DNA of 63,500 nt, filler included, from Diploschistes diacapsis (Eukaryota): the NCBI GenBank assembly GCA_023645945.1. It is 4 parts of 4 records of this genome, joined end to end, with 100 filler letters (N's around TTAATTAATTAA, not from the genome) between each part and the next. Parts side by side here need not be neighbours in the genome. Positions count along the whole stretch, not along the records: positions 47,801 to 63,500 come from JALAIB010000538.1; 3 more parts are not named here. One strand, given 5' to 3'. This document shows, in pieces, positions 51,731 through 63,500 of this stretch. The number at the start of each line of letters is the position of its first letter. Position 1 is the stretch's first letter. The translations under genes and the position numbers were made by a program. A model generated the notes under the pieces. That model was not told the DNA's origin. It did no database searches and saw nothing but the letters and a program-made list of their open reading frames with translations.

Positions 51731-51911
51731 ACGTGTTTCACCACGAAACGGAACACCCCACGAAGCGGAACACTACATTATAATGTAATTGCGCTAGATT
51801 GAGCGCTTCCATATTTGTACGAAGCTAAATCTGTTCTCAACTACACTACCCCGTTCTTCGGCCTTTTTTGATTACATTATATGTAGTGTTCCGTTTCGTG
51901 GTGAATCACGT
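51731..51911. mobile_element. MITE of the pogo/Fot1 (Tc1-mariner) type
   Basis: TA|ACGTG...CACGT|TA with ~40-bp TIRs (ACGTGTTTCACCACGAAACGGAACAC...TACATTATAATGTAAT); the left arm carries an extra 17-bp direct repeat. Confidence 0.85.
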
Positions 51912-52517
51912 TAAATCCGATATCTACGCCTGCTTTGTCAGCACCAACTACGACCTTTGCCTGAGTTTTTCCCGGATCCCTATGGAAAAGCTTCCATGAG
52001 TTAGGTAGTTTCTTCGCAACAACTGTGCTGGCAGCACCATCAACAAAAAATAAATACTCTTCGTGCCGATATTCCCCTAACAATAGGAGCCAGTTGAGTA
52101 AAAGCATGAGAAGGCCCGCCGCACCCTTTTTGGCAGAGCAAGGCGGAGCTGGTGATACCAACATTGCACTCGAATTTCCAGCACCGCCCCCCACGGCTTC
52201 AACCGTTGCACTTGCACAAGCGCAAATAACTCTCTAACCCATTGGATGACAACTGGCAGGACTGCACACCACCAATCAAGGCTTGTGTTTGGCGTGTAAG
52301 CTTTGTTTAGAACCTCTTTCCAACGTCTGGTTCAAAGATGGTCAAAATACCCCCGACCTGCCTCTTTCTTCGTCATTTCTCGTTTCTGGGCATTTTCTTT
52401 CTATACCCCATCGTCACGATAATAACGTTCGGCCAGCAGGCTGGCATTTGCTTTATTTTTCCTTCGTTCTAGGGTCTGGGCATTCATTATAATTTGCATT
52501 CACTTTATTAATCCCAA

Positions 52518-54786
52518 ATGGCTTCCGGTAGCTCTCGTCGCACGAGTCGCAGCAGCCTTCCCCTCTACAATAATACGCAGTATCACGGTGGGCTAGCAGA
52601 GGATTTCATAAATGTGCAGCCAATGCCAATACATGATGAGAAGGAGGGCCAGGATTCCGAATCTGACTACTCGGCGACTAGAAGCTCGGCCAATTACATG
52701 CCGCCGCCATTCCCTCCGCCAGGATGGCACGATGACGAAGAAAAGGAAACATTCTGGCACAGACATAGGAAAGTCATCAAATTGGCCACGGGTATGGTCT
52801 TTATGGTTTTTGTCTCAACGGCTCTGCTTTACCCTGTCTTCATTAACCGGCAGACGGAAGACTGGACAGAGGAAGAGACGCCTGAGATTAGTGCCAAACA
52901 ACTAAAATTCCATGTCTTCCTTTGGCTTTTCATTTCTTGGACGAATTTGCTGCTGTGGTGGGGTCTAGCCAACCTCATGCCACACGTCTTTCGGTTCTTT
53001 TCGGGTATCTTCAATCCTGGACAACAAAAGTACTGGCATATCCTGAACTTCATGATACCCGCCGTTACTTTGTTAGGAGCAGCAATCGGCAATTATGTAT
53101 CATATGTTATTGTAGGTCCTTTGAAAGATAAGGGGCGACTTTAGCTGACGATTGATAGCTAATCTTCAACAACACCAGCCTGCTTATCAACGCAAAGACA
53201 GAGAAGGGAGATTCAGAGTTGGAGAAGCTTCTCATCAAGTTGCTGACGAGGACTACGACCTTTCCTTCGAAACGCCCATGGCCACGGCTCCTCAATGAGC
53301 TGATGACGACGCTGATCTTGTGGGCGGGTGTCTATTTCTTCGAGAAAATGTTGATTACTTTCATTTCCATCCACTACCATTACCGGTCCGCCGGAAAGCG
53401 CATCGAAAGTCACAAACGCATGCGCCATGCACTCAACGTGCTTTATGAAGCATCGACATCCCTGTTCCCTTCTTTCCACGAGCAGTTCAAGCTCGAGGAT
53501 GAGATAATCGCGCGAAGAAAGCACAAGGTCCACCTTCTGAAATCAAACAGGACGTCGAGGACAGTCGACAGGGCATTGGAGGATACCAGAAGCTCGGCTG
53601 CACTCGCGAAGAGGATATGGCTATCTTTGGTCCCTCAAGGCAGAGACACTCTTACAGTCGACGATCTTGTTGAGGTCGTCAAGTCTCACCGCAGGGCCGA
53701 GGCAGAGGAATGCTTCCAGGCTATCGACATCAACCAAAACGGTGACTTGACGCTCAACGAAATGGTTCTGACGGTGATGGAAATGGGCCGCCAACGCCGG
53801 TCGATCTTTCAGGGCATGATGGACATCGATCGAGCCCTGAACAGCTTTGACTGGATCTGTGTCGTTGTGATTGCCTCAGTCATTGGATCTTATCTCGGTA
53901 ATTGTTTTGTTGGTCCTCTACAGGGCTCTGTGCTAATACGTCAAAAGTGTTACGCTACGTTCGGTCCCTGAAGAGCATAAAGGATGCCATAGGAATATCC
54001 CTTATCGGTCTAAGTTTCGGCTTTGGACGAGCGATCTTCGAGTTCCTCCAAGGCTGTATCTTTATTTTCCTTAAGCATGCTTACGACGTTGGCGACCGTG
54101 TCGAAGTGTACAACGTTGCAGCAACGGCTCGAACCTCGGTCGTTGTCGAGCGCATCTCTATCCTGTACACCGTCTTCCGCCGCATCGACAATGGAAAGGA
54201 GCTTCAAATGTCCAACGAGCGACTGAACATGAAGCGCATAGAAAACGTTACGCGGTCCGGCGCAAACAGGGAAGAGATCTCGATCTTCGTGGACTTCAAT
54301 ACCACCTTCCAGGACATTGAGAACCTCAAAGGCAGCCTGCAGAAATTCGTGCGCTCGAAGGAGAACGGCCGAGACTACCAGCCAAACGTCGAGATCAGGC
54401 TCAACAACATCTACGAGATGAACAAGCTGGAGCTCGTCTGCAGCTTCTACCACAAATCGAACTGGGCCAACGAGGAGCTCCGAGCAGCGAGGAGCTCCAA
54501 GTTCAAGTGTGCTCTCCTGTCGGTCATCAGAGGCATGCCGCTGGCCAGACCAGGCGCGCTCGGCGGCAATCCGGCGCAGAAGGAAGGCTTCGAGCAGGCG
54601 AGGGAGGATGCGGCGTACAGCAACTTCACCTCGGTGCCCGTCACGTCCGACATAACGACGGAGGAGAGGTTGGACGGCAACATGGCTAGCGGTGCCGACA
54701 TCGGCAACCTTGTGGGCTATGGCACGACGGGCCTGAGGCGGCGGGAGAACAACTTCTCGGGAGGCATACTTTATGGCGCTACGTGA
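52518..54786 (+). CDS. MscS-like mechanosensitive channel with EF-hand (Msy1/Msy2-like), 3 exons
   Basis: EKMLITFISIHYH, ALAKRIW.S, DINQNGDLTLNEM (EF-hand), CIFIFLKHAYDVGDRV, ISILYTVF, IENVTRS, HKSNWANE.LR..R.SKF. Confidence 0.92.
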
Positions 54787-56278
54787 TACCCAGAATTTTG
54801 ATATTTGATATTTTGATCCTAGTGCAATAGCGTGGCGCAAGGATGGAGATCTGATCAATTGAACTCAAGAGTCGTGACTGCGGTTTTTGTGCTTCGAAGA
54901 TACATGTTGCTGCACATTGCTGCGCATTGCATGTTTCTTTCCACCCTCTGCGTTATGTAAAAGGCGCAACACGAAATCTGGACGTATTGTCTGTGCCGCC
55001 TGCACTGGTTTCTACCAGAGCCCCGCCCCTTGCTACCATACACCACCTGTACATCAGGCCCGGCTCTTCTCACCATCTGCCTAACTCAATTCACCTACAA
55101 ACAAGGTTTGCGGCTACAACAGACGGAGCACCGCAGCCGCGATGATGTCGACTAGTATACACGGGCTGCTGGTTCTGCAAACTACTTTTCACGCCTGATT
55201 CGCATCTCAGCCCGCCGCCGCACAACCTTCAACCTTCGCCCAAGCAGGGTTTGAAAAAAGGGGAGAGACGGCAGTCTTTGTGGGGCCCTCCCTCGAGTTC
55301 AAGCTGAAACGGGGGGCTGTGTGGGCTAGCTAGGAACGGGGCGTTACAGAAAATGGGTGCGACGCGAAGCCGACATCCAACAGCAGATTGGATGTTGGTT
55401 GTTCGTGAGTGGTTGGTCTGTATAGGGCTGAGTAGGCCAAGCTTGGGGGATTGCGCCTCTGCCGAGAGATATTTGCCAAATATTTGCCCAAATTTGGCTT
55501 CTTGGCGGAAGGATAGTAGGTGAGGCCCCCCCCCCCCGGCTGCTCATAGCTGGGACTTGGTGTTTCTGGTATGCCAACCAATCCTGTTCAACGGGTATTA
55601 AAACTATATACTATATACTTAATTAGCACGCTGCGGATCTGCTTGTGGGAGGCAGAGTCAAAAAAGCCGGAAATAAGATGAGACGAGCTAATAATTGAAA
55701 GGTGGACTGACCAACTTTCTTTCTTTGCAGCCGATTAGCGATTAGCGAAGCCCCTGCATAAACTTAACATTCCCGCACAACACAACTCTAAGTCAAAGAA
55801 ATCTATCCCACACGAATCCTACACAGCCCCTTTTCTTCCAGATTTCCAAATCAATACTGACTGACACAAGCTGCCAATCCTACAGGGAGTTTATTCTTTT
55901 CCCGTGGCTCCGACACACTGTCAGCATTTGGCATCCCCAAGGAATAGCAGTAGCTTTGGGCCTTGGCCAGTTAGAGTTTAGAGGCCATGCTTTGCTAAAG
56001 GTACAAAGTCCTAATGTTAAGGTAATCGCAAAGAGCATCATCTGTGCTGCGCCGCCGCATGTTCCGGCAAGATGTTTTCTCTTTGCTGGGCATAAGCCTT
56101 TTAATTCTCCAAAGTCCCCCTTGCTACCGGTAGGCTCTTCTCATCCTCCGACCTTTCTTTTGTCTAGCTTCGAAGCCAAAGTTCACTGCTGTATCTCTTG
56201 TTCCCAAATGCAGACGCAGCACTCGTGTTGCAGATAACACCGCCTGTTTGAACTCATTCACCTTTTTGAGTCGCAACG

Positions 56279-58449
56279 ATGAGTTCGGCGTTCAATGTTA
56301 TTAACGAGGTCCCCGTGCCCCTTGTCAATGAGCCGGTACACAAAGTAGTGGTGCCGGATCCTGATCTCCACATTTTTGGAATCTCACATCCAAATCATGT
56401 CGGGCTCATACAGTCGCCGCTCGCCAGTGGCGACGATATGGCACACGGTCACCACTCGCATCCAGACGTAAAACACGACCATGGACACGAGCAAGGGCAC
56501 GGTCACGGAGACGAAGGCCACCACGGCAGTGTGTCTTCTAGCTCTAATGAGAAGAGAGACGCAGAACCAGACGAGCCAGTCCTAAGAAAGGCGCACGAAG
56601 CGCCGACGATACAGCTATTCTTCGATCTATACTTTGTTGCCAATCTGACCACATTCTCCGCGCAGCATGACATACATAATGCAAACGGTACTTGCTGAAC
56701 ATCACCTGCAGATTGAAAACTCAACGCTAATGCGTTGTCTCAGAGCTCCGATCGTATCTCGGCTATTTCACCATGATCTGGTTTACCTGGTTCCAAAACA
56801 CAATGTTCGACGTCCGGTTCAGCAACGACTCCGTTTTCGAACGATTCTGCAAAGCCGCACAGTTCGGCGTCATGACTGGCTTCGCCATTACCGGCCCGGG
56901 CTACCAGACGGGTTTCACGCCCGGTACCGGCGAAGCGCAACTGGCTGTTTCCGCTTTCAAGACACTCTCGTTGATACTAATGGCTAGTCGGTTGGTCCTC
57001 ACGTTTCAATATAGTGTGGCGCTCTTTTGGCTGAAGGGCTATAAGAAAGCTTGGCTTCCGATGTGTGGCCACATAACTGTCATGTTCGTTGCGGCCATGA
57101 TCTTCTTGGGTCTGTATTTCGCATTCTCCGAGCAAGAGAGCGAAACAGTCCTTGCGGGATGGTATGTGGTGTTTGTGCTCGAGGCATGGGCCATCAATCT
57201 CATTTCCGGAAGGACTCCATTCTTGAGCTTCAGATCGACGGTGCTTGTTGAGCGTCTCGGTCTACTTACTTTGATCATCCTTGGCGAGGGTATCATCAGC
57301 ATGAGCAACGCGCTCAACAGCGTAGGAACGGACAATGCTTACGGAGCTCCCATCATCGGGGCAATTATCAGTTGCGTCGTCGTCACTTATCTGATGTACA
57401 TGCTCTACTTCGACAACGTCCAACCAGACCGCATGGGCAATTTCCGACAGCACATCTGGGCAATCATGCACTTTCCCCTCCACGCATCCATCGTTCTTGT
57501 CGAAGAAGCGCAAGCACAGCTCGCCATTTGGCAGAAGGTTATTGGTATTAGCCTGCCTCTCAAGGCCGCCGTGTCAGCGGTCTCTCTGGCACGACCAACC
57601 ACAGACCAGATCACGAATTTGCAGGATACCCTGAACGGCATCACCAGTCGCTTCCTCGTTCTCAGCACCGATACGGCATCAAGCGCGACATCGGCACCTG
57701 ACGAAAGTGAATACTTCAAAGCGCTCAGCAATTCAACTTCAAATTCCACGGGCGTCCTGACCGCGCTCAATAGAATCGAGGCAGATGGTCTCGACTTCAT
57801 CTGTGGCAAATTCAACATCGATTTGGACACCGATCTTACCGGCCAAGACGCCTTCAACGCCATCTTCTCGCTCTACGAAGTCGTCTACGTGTATTTCTTC
57901 GCGTTCGCCGGCCTCGTGCTCATAGTGCTGTCGATTCTCTTCATGATCGGCAAGCGACACAAGCTGCGAGGCGAACTGTTTGCCGTTGTCCTCAGATTCT
58001 CCGCCGGCCTAGGTCTTGCCTTGTTGAGCACGTTTGCTGCACCGGGATTGCAGGACCCTAGTGGGCAAGGCAACGACAATCTGCACCGCTTCATGTACAG
58101 CGGCATGATGATTCCCACCGTGTTACTTGTGTACCTGACCGGTAAGTTCGACTTCCACCTTCCCTTCACATGGCTGAGAACCTTTTCGCTAATATCCATT
58201 TCTGCAGTGCTCGTCCTGGACAACCTTCTAATCCGCTACATCAAGTCGGTAGTCAAATGGCGCTTGAATCTGCATCACCACAAGAACATCCCCACGGTCG
58301 AGAGACCTGATCTTGCGGCTCAGGATGCGCCGGCAAACGCCATGAGCCCAAGAAGGGTGCATGAGAATGGAGCCAGGACAAGGCAGGAAGAGCCGAAGAG
58401 TCCAATCAGGACAACGGCCAGGGAGGCGGATCCGAAATCGGAGCACTAG
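56279..58449 (+). CDS. Low-temperature-requirement A (LtrA)-like multi-pass membrane protein
   Basis: HEAPTIQLFFDLYFVANL, WFTW....FDVRF..DS.FER..KA.QFGVM.GFA, LVERLGLLTLIILGEGI, HFPLH. Confidence 0.88.
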
Positions 58450-59203
58450 ATCTCCGCGGGTTGGACAGGGCGTATATCCTGGAACATCGTATTTGGGTGA
58501 ACAGAGACCTGTTTTGAAATCATGAACGAGGATGAGAAGAAGCAAAATGCCGTCCTTCTGTTCTTCTGCGTTCTTTGGCGTCTACGATTGAGCGAGCATT
58601 TGGATACGTCCTTTGTTGTATTATTACCCTTGCACAGCATTTAGCGGGGGGCTTGTTGTTCTAGCTATATTAAATATTGTAATTGACACAATCTTGTATT
58701 TACTTCTGTGATCATCGTGTTAGTAAGTAACGGAGCATTGTTCCACGGTAATTCCATAGGTAGACTGTTGAAAGGGTTGCCAAAAGTAACTGTACGTGAT
58801 TCCGAATGTTGTCCTTGTGCATGGTGTGCTCTACACTCTAGCTTCTCCACAGCCATTGGCGGAATCTCCCTTAAGCTCATATAACATGCCCAGTTGAGCT
58901 TCTGCGGTATCATGTCTGACAATCTACGCTTCGAGGATCTGAGTATCACAATTCCATAGCGCGCCCCATTAGAGTGCACCATCCACACTCTTTGTTGAAA
59001 GATTTACTCCTTCTCAAATGACGGTTAATCCCAAGCGCCAATGACAACCTCCAGTTCATACGTGCGGGGCAGGCTGTTCTATCAAGTATGCCTCGCAGGC
59101 TGCCTACGCGGCTCCTGGGCTCCATTTATTTTAATAAACCATCACATACTTTGATCGCAAACTTCCTACCGTGTAAGGACTTCTTCAATAATACTCTGAA
59201 AAC

Positions 59204-61877
59204 ATGAGTTTCGGGTTCAGCATCGGTGACTTCCTCGCTGTTATTGATCGTGCTAAAAAGCTCCGGAAAGACTTTGTAAATGCTCCAAATCAATTTCAGA
59301 ATATCTCGGATGAGTGTGTCGCCCCCCCCAAACATTCTAAACATTACTAAATACAGTTGCACTTTTAGGCTTAGAAGCTTAACCATTATCCTCGAAGATG
59401 TTGAAGTATTCCTCTCTACGTCCGACATTACCAAGGATCATGAGAAGAATCTCTGTGGCATCACCGCTGGCTGCCAAAGTGCTTTGGAAGACCTCGAAAA
59501 AAAACAGAACGAGTACTCTTCCTTCAAATCGCAAGCAGAAGGCATCAAAGGAAGGGTCAAACGAGTATGGAAACGATTGGCCTGGGAGCCTGAAGACATT
59601 CGTGACCTTCGAAGTCGAATCACATCCAATATCGCGCTACTTAATTCATTCACAAACGGGTTTATCAGGAACAACGTTGGTAAACTGGTGCAAGGACAAG
59701 ACCAGCAGGAACATCGAGAGCTCCTTGACTGGCTTACTCCGATTGACTTCTCAGCTCAGCAGTCAGACTTCATTTGCCGACGGCAGCCGGACACAGGCCA
59801 ATGGCTGCTCGATTCGGCAGAATATCGGCATTGGATCACAGCGAAGAGTGAAACATTAGTCTGCCCCGGAATCCCCGGAGCGGGAAAGACGATCCTTACA
59901 TCGATCGTGGTGGACAATCTGTGTAATCTCCATCGTAACGATAACTCAGTAGGAATATGTTACATATACTGCAATTTTCGACGCAAAGACGAACAGACGC
60001 TTAAAAACCTGATGGCCAGTCTTCTTAGACAACTAGCACAGGGTCAGCCTGTCTTTCCCGAATATTTAAAGGATCTATATCAGCGGCATAAGCAACGGGG
60101 GACTAGACCGTCTGTCGATGAAATCTGCCGCACTCTTCATTCAGTAGCGACCGGATTGTCCCGAGTCTTCGTGGTTATCGACGCGCTTGATGAATGCCAG
60201 ATCTCTGACGGTTGCCGATCTAGGTTCATATCCGAACTTCTGGATCTTCATACCAGGCTTGGGGCAAACGTTCTTGTAACTTCACGTTTCATTCCGGAAA
60301 TCACCAAGAGCTTCGAGAATACAGTATCGTTGGAGATTCGCGCCAGTAACGAGGACATCGGCAGATATTTGAATGGCAATCTATCAAACCTTCCACATTT
60401 GGTCTCTACTAATGCCGAACTTCAAGAGGAAATCAAGGAGAGTATCACGAAATGTGTAGATGGAATGTTAGTAGATTTCTGTTCAATCCTAATAACGCTA
60501 ATTGATATTAGGTTTCTGCTCGCTCGACTACATCTTGACTCTTTGAGAGGCAAACGCTCACCTAAAGCCGTCCGTGTAGCCTTAAAGAAACTTGTGGAGA
60601 GGTCAGATACTTACGACGCTGCATATGATGCTGCATATGACGACGCGATGGAGCGGATACAGAGCCAGCTTACAGACCAAAAAGTACTTGCCTTGGAAAC
60701 TCTATCATGGATTACCTGCGCGAAAAGGCCGTTAACGACGACAGAACTCCGACATGCGCTTAGCGTCGAGTTATATGAACCAGAACTTGACGAGGACAAT
60801 CTTCTGGACCTTCAGGACATGGTTTCTAGCTGCTGTGGCTTAGTAACCATTGACGAAGAGAGTGACATCATACGATTAGTTCACTATACAACGCAGGAAT
60901 ACTTCGAGCGGACTCAGACAAGCTGGTTTCCAGATGCGCAATCGGAGATTGCAAGCATTTGTGCCACCTACCTTTCCTTCCAAGCCTTTGAATGTGGGAT
61001 GTGTGGAAGCGATGAGGAGTTTGAGAAGCGCCTCTCTTCATACCCCTTATATGATTATGCAAGCCATTATTGGGGGTTTCACGCCTATCAGGCCCCGGAC
61101 TACGATAAGTGTCCAGCATTTTTGACTGTTCAGTCCAAAGTCAATGCGTGTAGTCAAGTATTACTGGCTAAACGGCGTTGGCCATACCACCCTGAATACA
61201 GTCGGGGCGTACCAAGGCAAATGACTGGACTACATCTTGCGGCATTTTTTGGGCTTCTTAAAGTGGTAATTAATCTTTTAGATAGTCAAGATCTAAACCA
61301 GTCAGATAGGAACGGTAAGAAAGCGCTCTCATATGCTGCCGAGTCTGGCAACAAGGCGGTGGTGCAGCTACTCCTCGACAGAGGGGCGGATATTGAGACG
61401 ACTGATCATAACGGCTGGACAGCGCTTTATACCGCGTGTATATATGGAAAAGAGGCGGTGGTGCAGCTGCTTCTCGACAGAGGGGCGGATATTAAGACGA
61501 CTAATAAAGACGGCGGGACAGCGCTTATATCCGCGTGTGATTTTGAACAAGAGGCGGTGGTGCAGTTACTCCTCGATAGAGGGGCGGATATTGAGACGAC
61601 TGATCATATCGGCTGGACAGCGCTTTTATCCGCGTGTTTATATGGAGAAGAGGCGGTGGTGCAGCTGCTCCTCGACAGAGGGGCGGATATTGAGGCGACT
61701 GATAAAAGGGGCATGACAGCACTTTTATATGCCGCTAGATCTGGGCAAGAGACGGTGGTGCAGCTACTCCTCGACAGAGGGGCGGATATTAATAAATTCG
61801 GCGAGACAGCGCCTTTATTAGCGTACAGACAGAAGACGATAGATAGAGCAGCTGCTTCTCGGCAAAGGAGCGGATGA
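59204..61877 (+). CDS. Fungal NLR: N-terminal helical (SesA/HeLo-like) + NACHT + ankyrin repeats
   Basis: MSFGFSIGDF, GIPGAGKT (P-loop), VVIDALDEC, RFLLARLHLDSL, RLVHYTTQEYF, GLHLAAFFG and ankyrin repeats. Confidence 0.92.
61354..61800 (+). repeat. 99-bp near-identical tandem ankyrin-coding repeats (about 4.5 units)
   Basis: A(G/A)CGGTGGTGCAG-type unit starts at 61354, 61453, 61552, 61651 and 61750. Confidence 0.92.
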
Positions 61878-62677
61878 AGCGGATATCGAGGCGACTATTT
61901 TATGGAGGTAAAGTCTGTCTAGGCACGAGGTAGTAATGCAATTTCTCCCCGATAGGAAGTGGGGATATTGAGGCGGCTGATCAAATCCGTTAAACAAGCG
62001 CGCATTCATATGCCGTTAGGGTATTGGCACGAGGACATCTTAGAAACTTATTAAACATAAATTCCATCTCCTCATCCCCCTCCCTTCTGTTCAAGTTTTT
62101 TTATTCAAATTCCAATCAATTCTGCCTGCGCCAACGGAGCAAGGCCGCCGATCTGACGTGGCTGTTTATGCCGCTAGTTCAATCAGAGCGCAAGGAGAGC
62201 GCGCGGAGACGGAAAGGCGACAGAAGCCAGAGGAAAGGATGAATCGGGGATCGCTGCTGAGAATGTTGTGGGTTAATCGGCGCGCGCTTATGAGGCTGTA
62301 GGAAGACTTTATAATGAAATGGATTGAGACATGCTTCTAACATCTATAATGTGTGGATACATTGTTTTGCTAAAAGTGGTATTGCTTGCCCAAAACCTTC
62401 GTGACTCTCCTACTCGCAGAGACTTTGTGGATAGAATTAATCACAAGGCTTTTTGAAAAGATACCCTGATATCATCGACTGGGTGGGTAGCAAAAAGTCC
62501 ATGAAAAAGGAGCAAAATGCTGAGAACGATTTGGGACAAGGGGGATTTGAGCCTAAACAGCTTATATTCCTTGGCATGGGCTGTTTTCAATTACATAGAG
62601 TAAAGCTAGCCCCAAAAGAGATGCGAATATACAAGTTCAACGAGCACTCGTCGTGAGCTGTACTATACAGCAGATCG

Positions 62678-63500
62678 ATGATGTCGGGGAATCGCAAGTA
62701 TGCTGGACTTCCAGACCTGGTAAGACTCACGCAAGACATCGTCGGCCATGTTTCGACTGTACTTAATAAAGGCCTAGGATTTCGCGCCAGACATCTACGA
62801 GACTCCGGAGCTCACAGACGATGCGTCCACTCGTCAGGTTCATTTTTCCAGCTCGTCATTGACACTCAAGCCATTGACCATTCTACAGACAACAGCCGGC
62901 CCTCGGACGGAGTCGCGCACCTCCTCACGATCCTCAAACGCCGTAGATGACTCTGTGTCCGGCATCAACCGCCATCGCCTGGACCCCGACAACGCTCGCT
63001 CCCAATTCCTCTCCACCCGCGTCGACACCCGTGACGCCAATTTCTCCGACCGCGTCGACCAGCTCCGCCAGTCGTACCGGGTGTCACGCCGCCATCGTCG
63101 ACGACGCCTGCTCACATCCACCCACGTCCACGACAAAGATGACAAAGAAGAGGAGGAGACGGCGTCAGACTACACAGACACCTCCAACTCCTCCGACGAC
63201 GAGCAAAGCGCAGTCCTCACCCGCGCAACTTTAGCCCGGCGTCTCGCGCGCCTCCAGCAGCAAGCCTCCGCCCTAACCTCTGCCCTCGCGCACGCTAAGG
63301 AAAGCGGCCACTGGACCACCAAGCCGATCGCCGAGCAAGACGCCGACGACGAGCGCAAACTCGCCGAACTCAACACCGCCATCAAATCCCTGCACACCTC
63401 CGCCCACGGCCCCGAGACGCCCGCCGAGCGCATGCAAGCGCGCATAGCCGGGCATCCCCCACGGCCGCCACTGACCCTGCACTCCACCCACCCCTCCTCC
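62678..63500 (+). CDS. DCTN2: Dynactin p50 subunit (dynamitin), 3' end beyond window
   Basis: NRKYAGLPDL|D.APDIYETPELTDD, ARSQF....VD..DANFSDRV...R.SYR, LARRLARL. Confidence 0.88.

Noticed and set aside
54010..54858. 282-aa antisense ORF, and similar shadows over EED, LtrA and the 765-aa gene
   Set aside because: Reverse-frame artefacts of GC-rich codon usage in real genes
61354..61800. Regularly spaced repeats resembling a CRISPR array
   Set aside because: In-frame ankyrin-coding repeats in a eukaryotic gene

Overview
Nuclear genomic DNA from a filamentous ascomycete (Pezizomycotina): spliceosomal introns, RIP-like mutation, and three 100-nt assembly gaps carrying an artificial TTAATTAATTAA linker. 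The flanks hold conserved genes: EED (PRC2), a PAS-domain protein, VMA9, a RING-H2 ligase and RPA3 on the left; an MscS-like channel, an LtrA-like protein, a NACHT-ankyrin NLR and dynamitin on the right. Between ~20 and ~52 kb is an accessory island. It contains one intact 5-exon DUF3435 tyrosine recombinase (Starship 'captain', 21910-24255) followed almost entirely by pseudogenes (NB-ARC-TPR NLR, Dabb barrel, second NB-ARC, GH5 mannanase). Nested in it is a 16.4-kb, very AT-rich, RIP-mutated block bounded by ~40-bp CAGGG...CCCTG terminal inverted repeats. The block carries destroyed host-like genes (PTH11-like receptor, alkaline ceramidase, flavin amine oxidase, amino-acid permease fragment), a chromovirus remnant and a TIR-less internal copy of the bounding element. 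The Starship termini could not be pinned down from this window alone. Family assignments come from motif recognition by eye, not from database searches.
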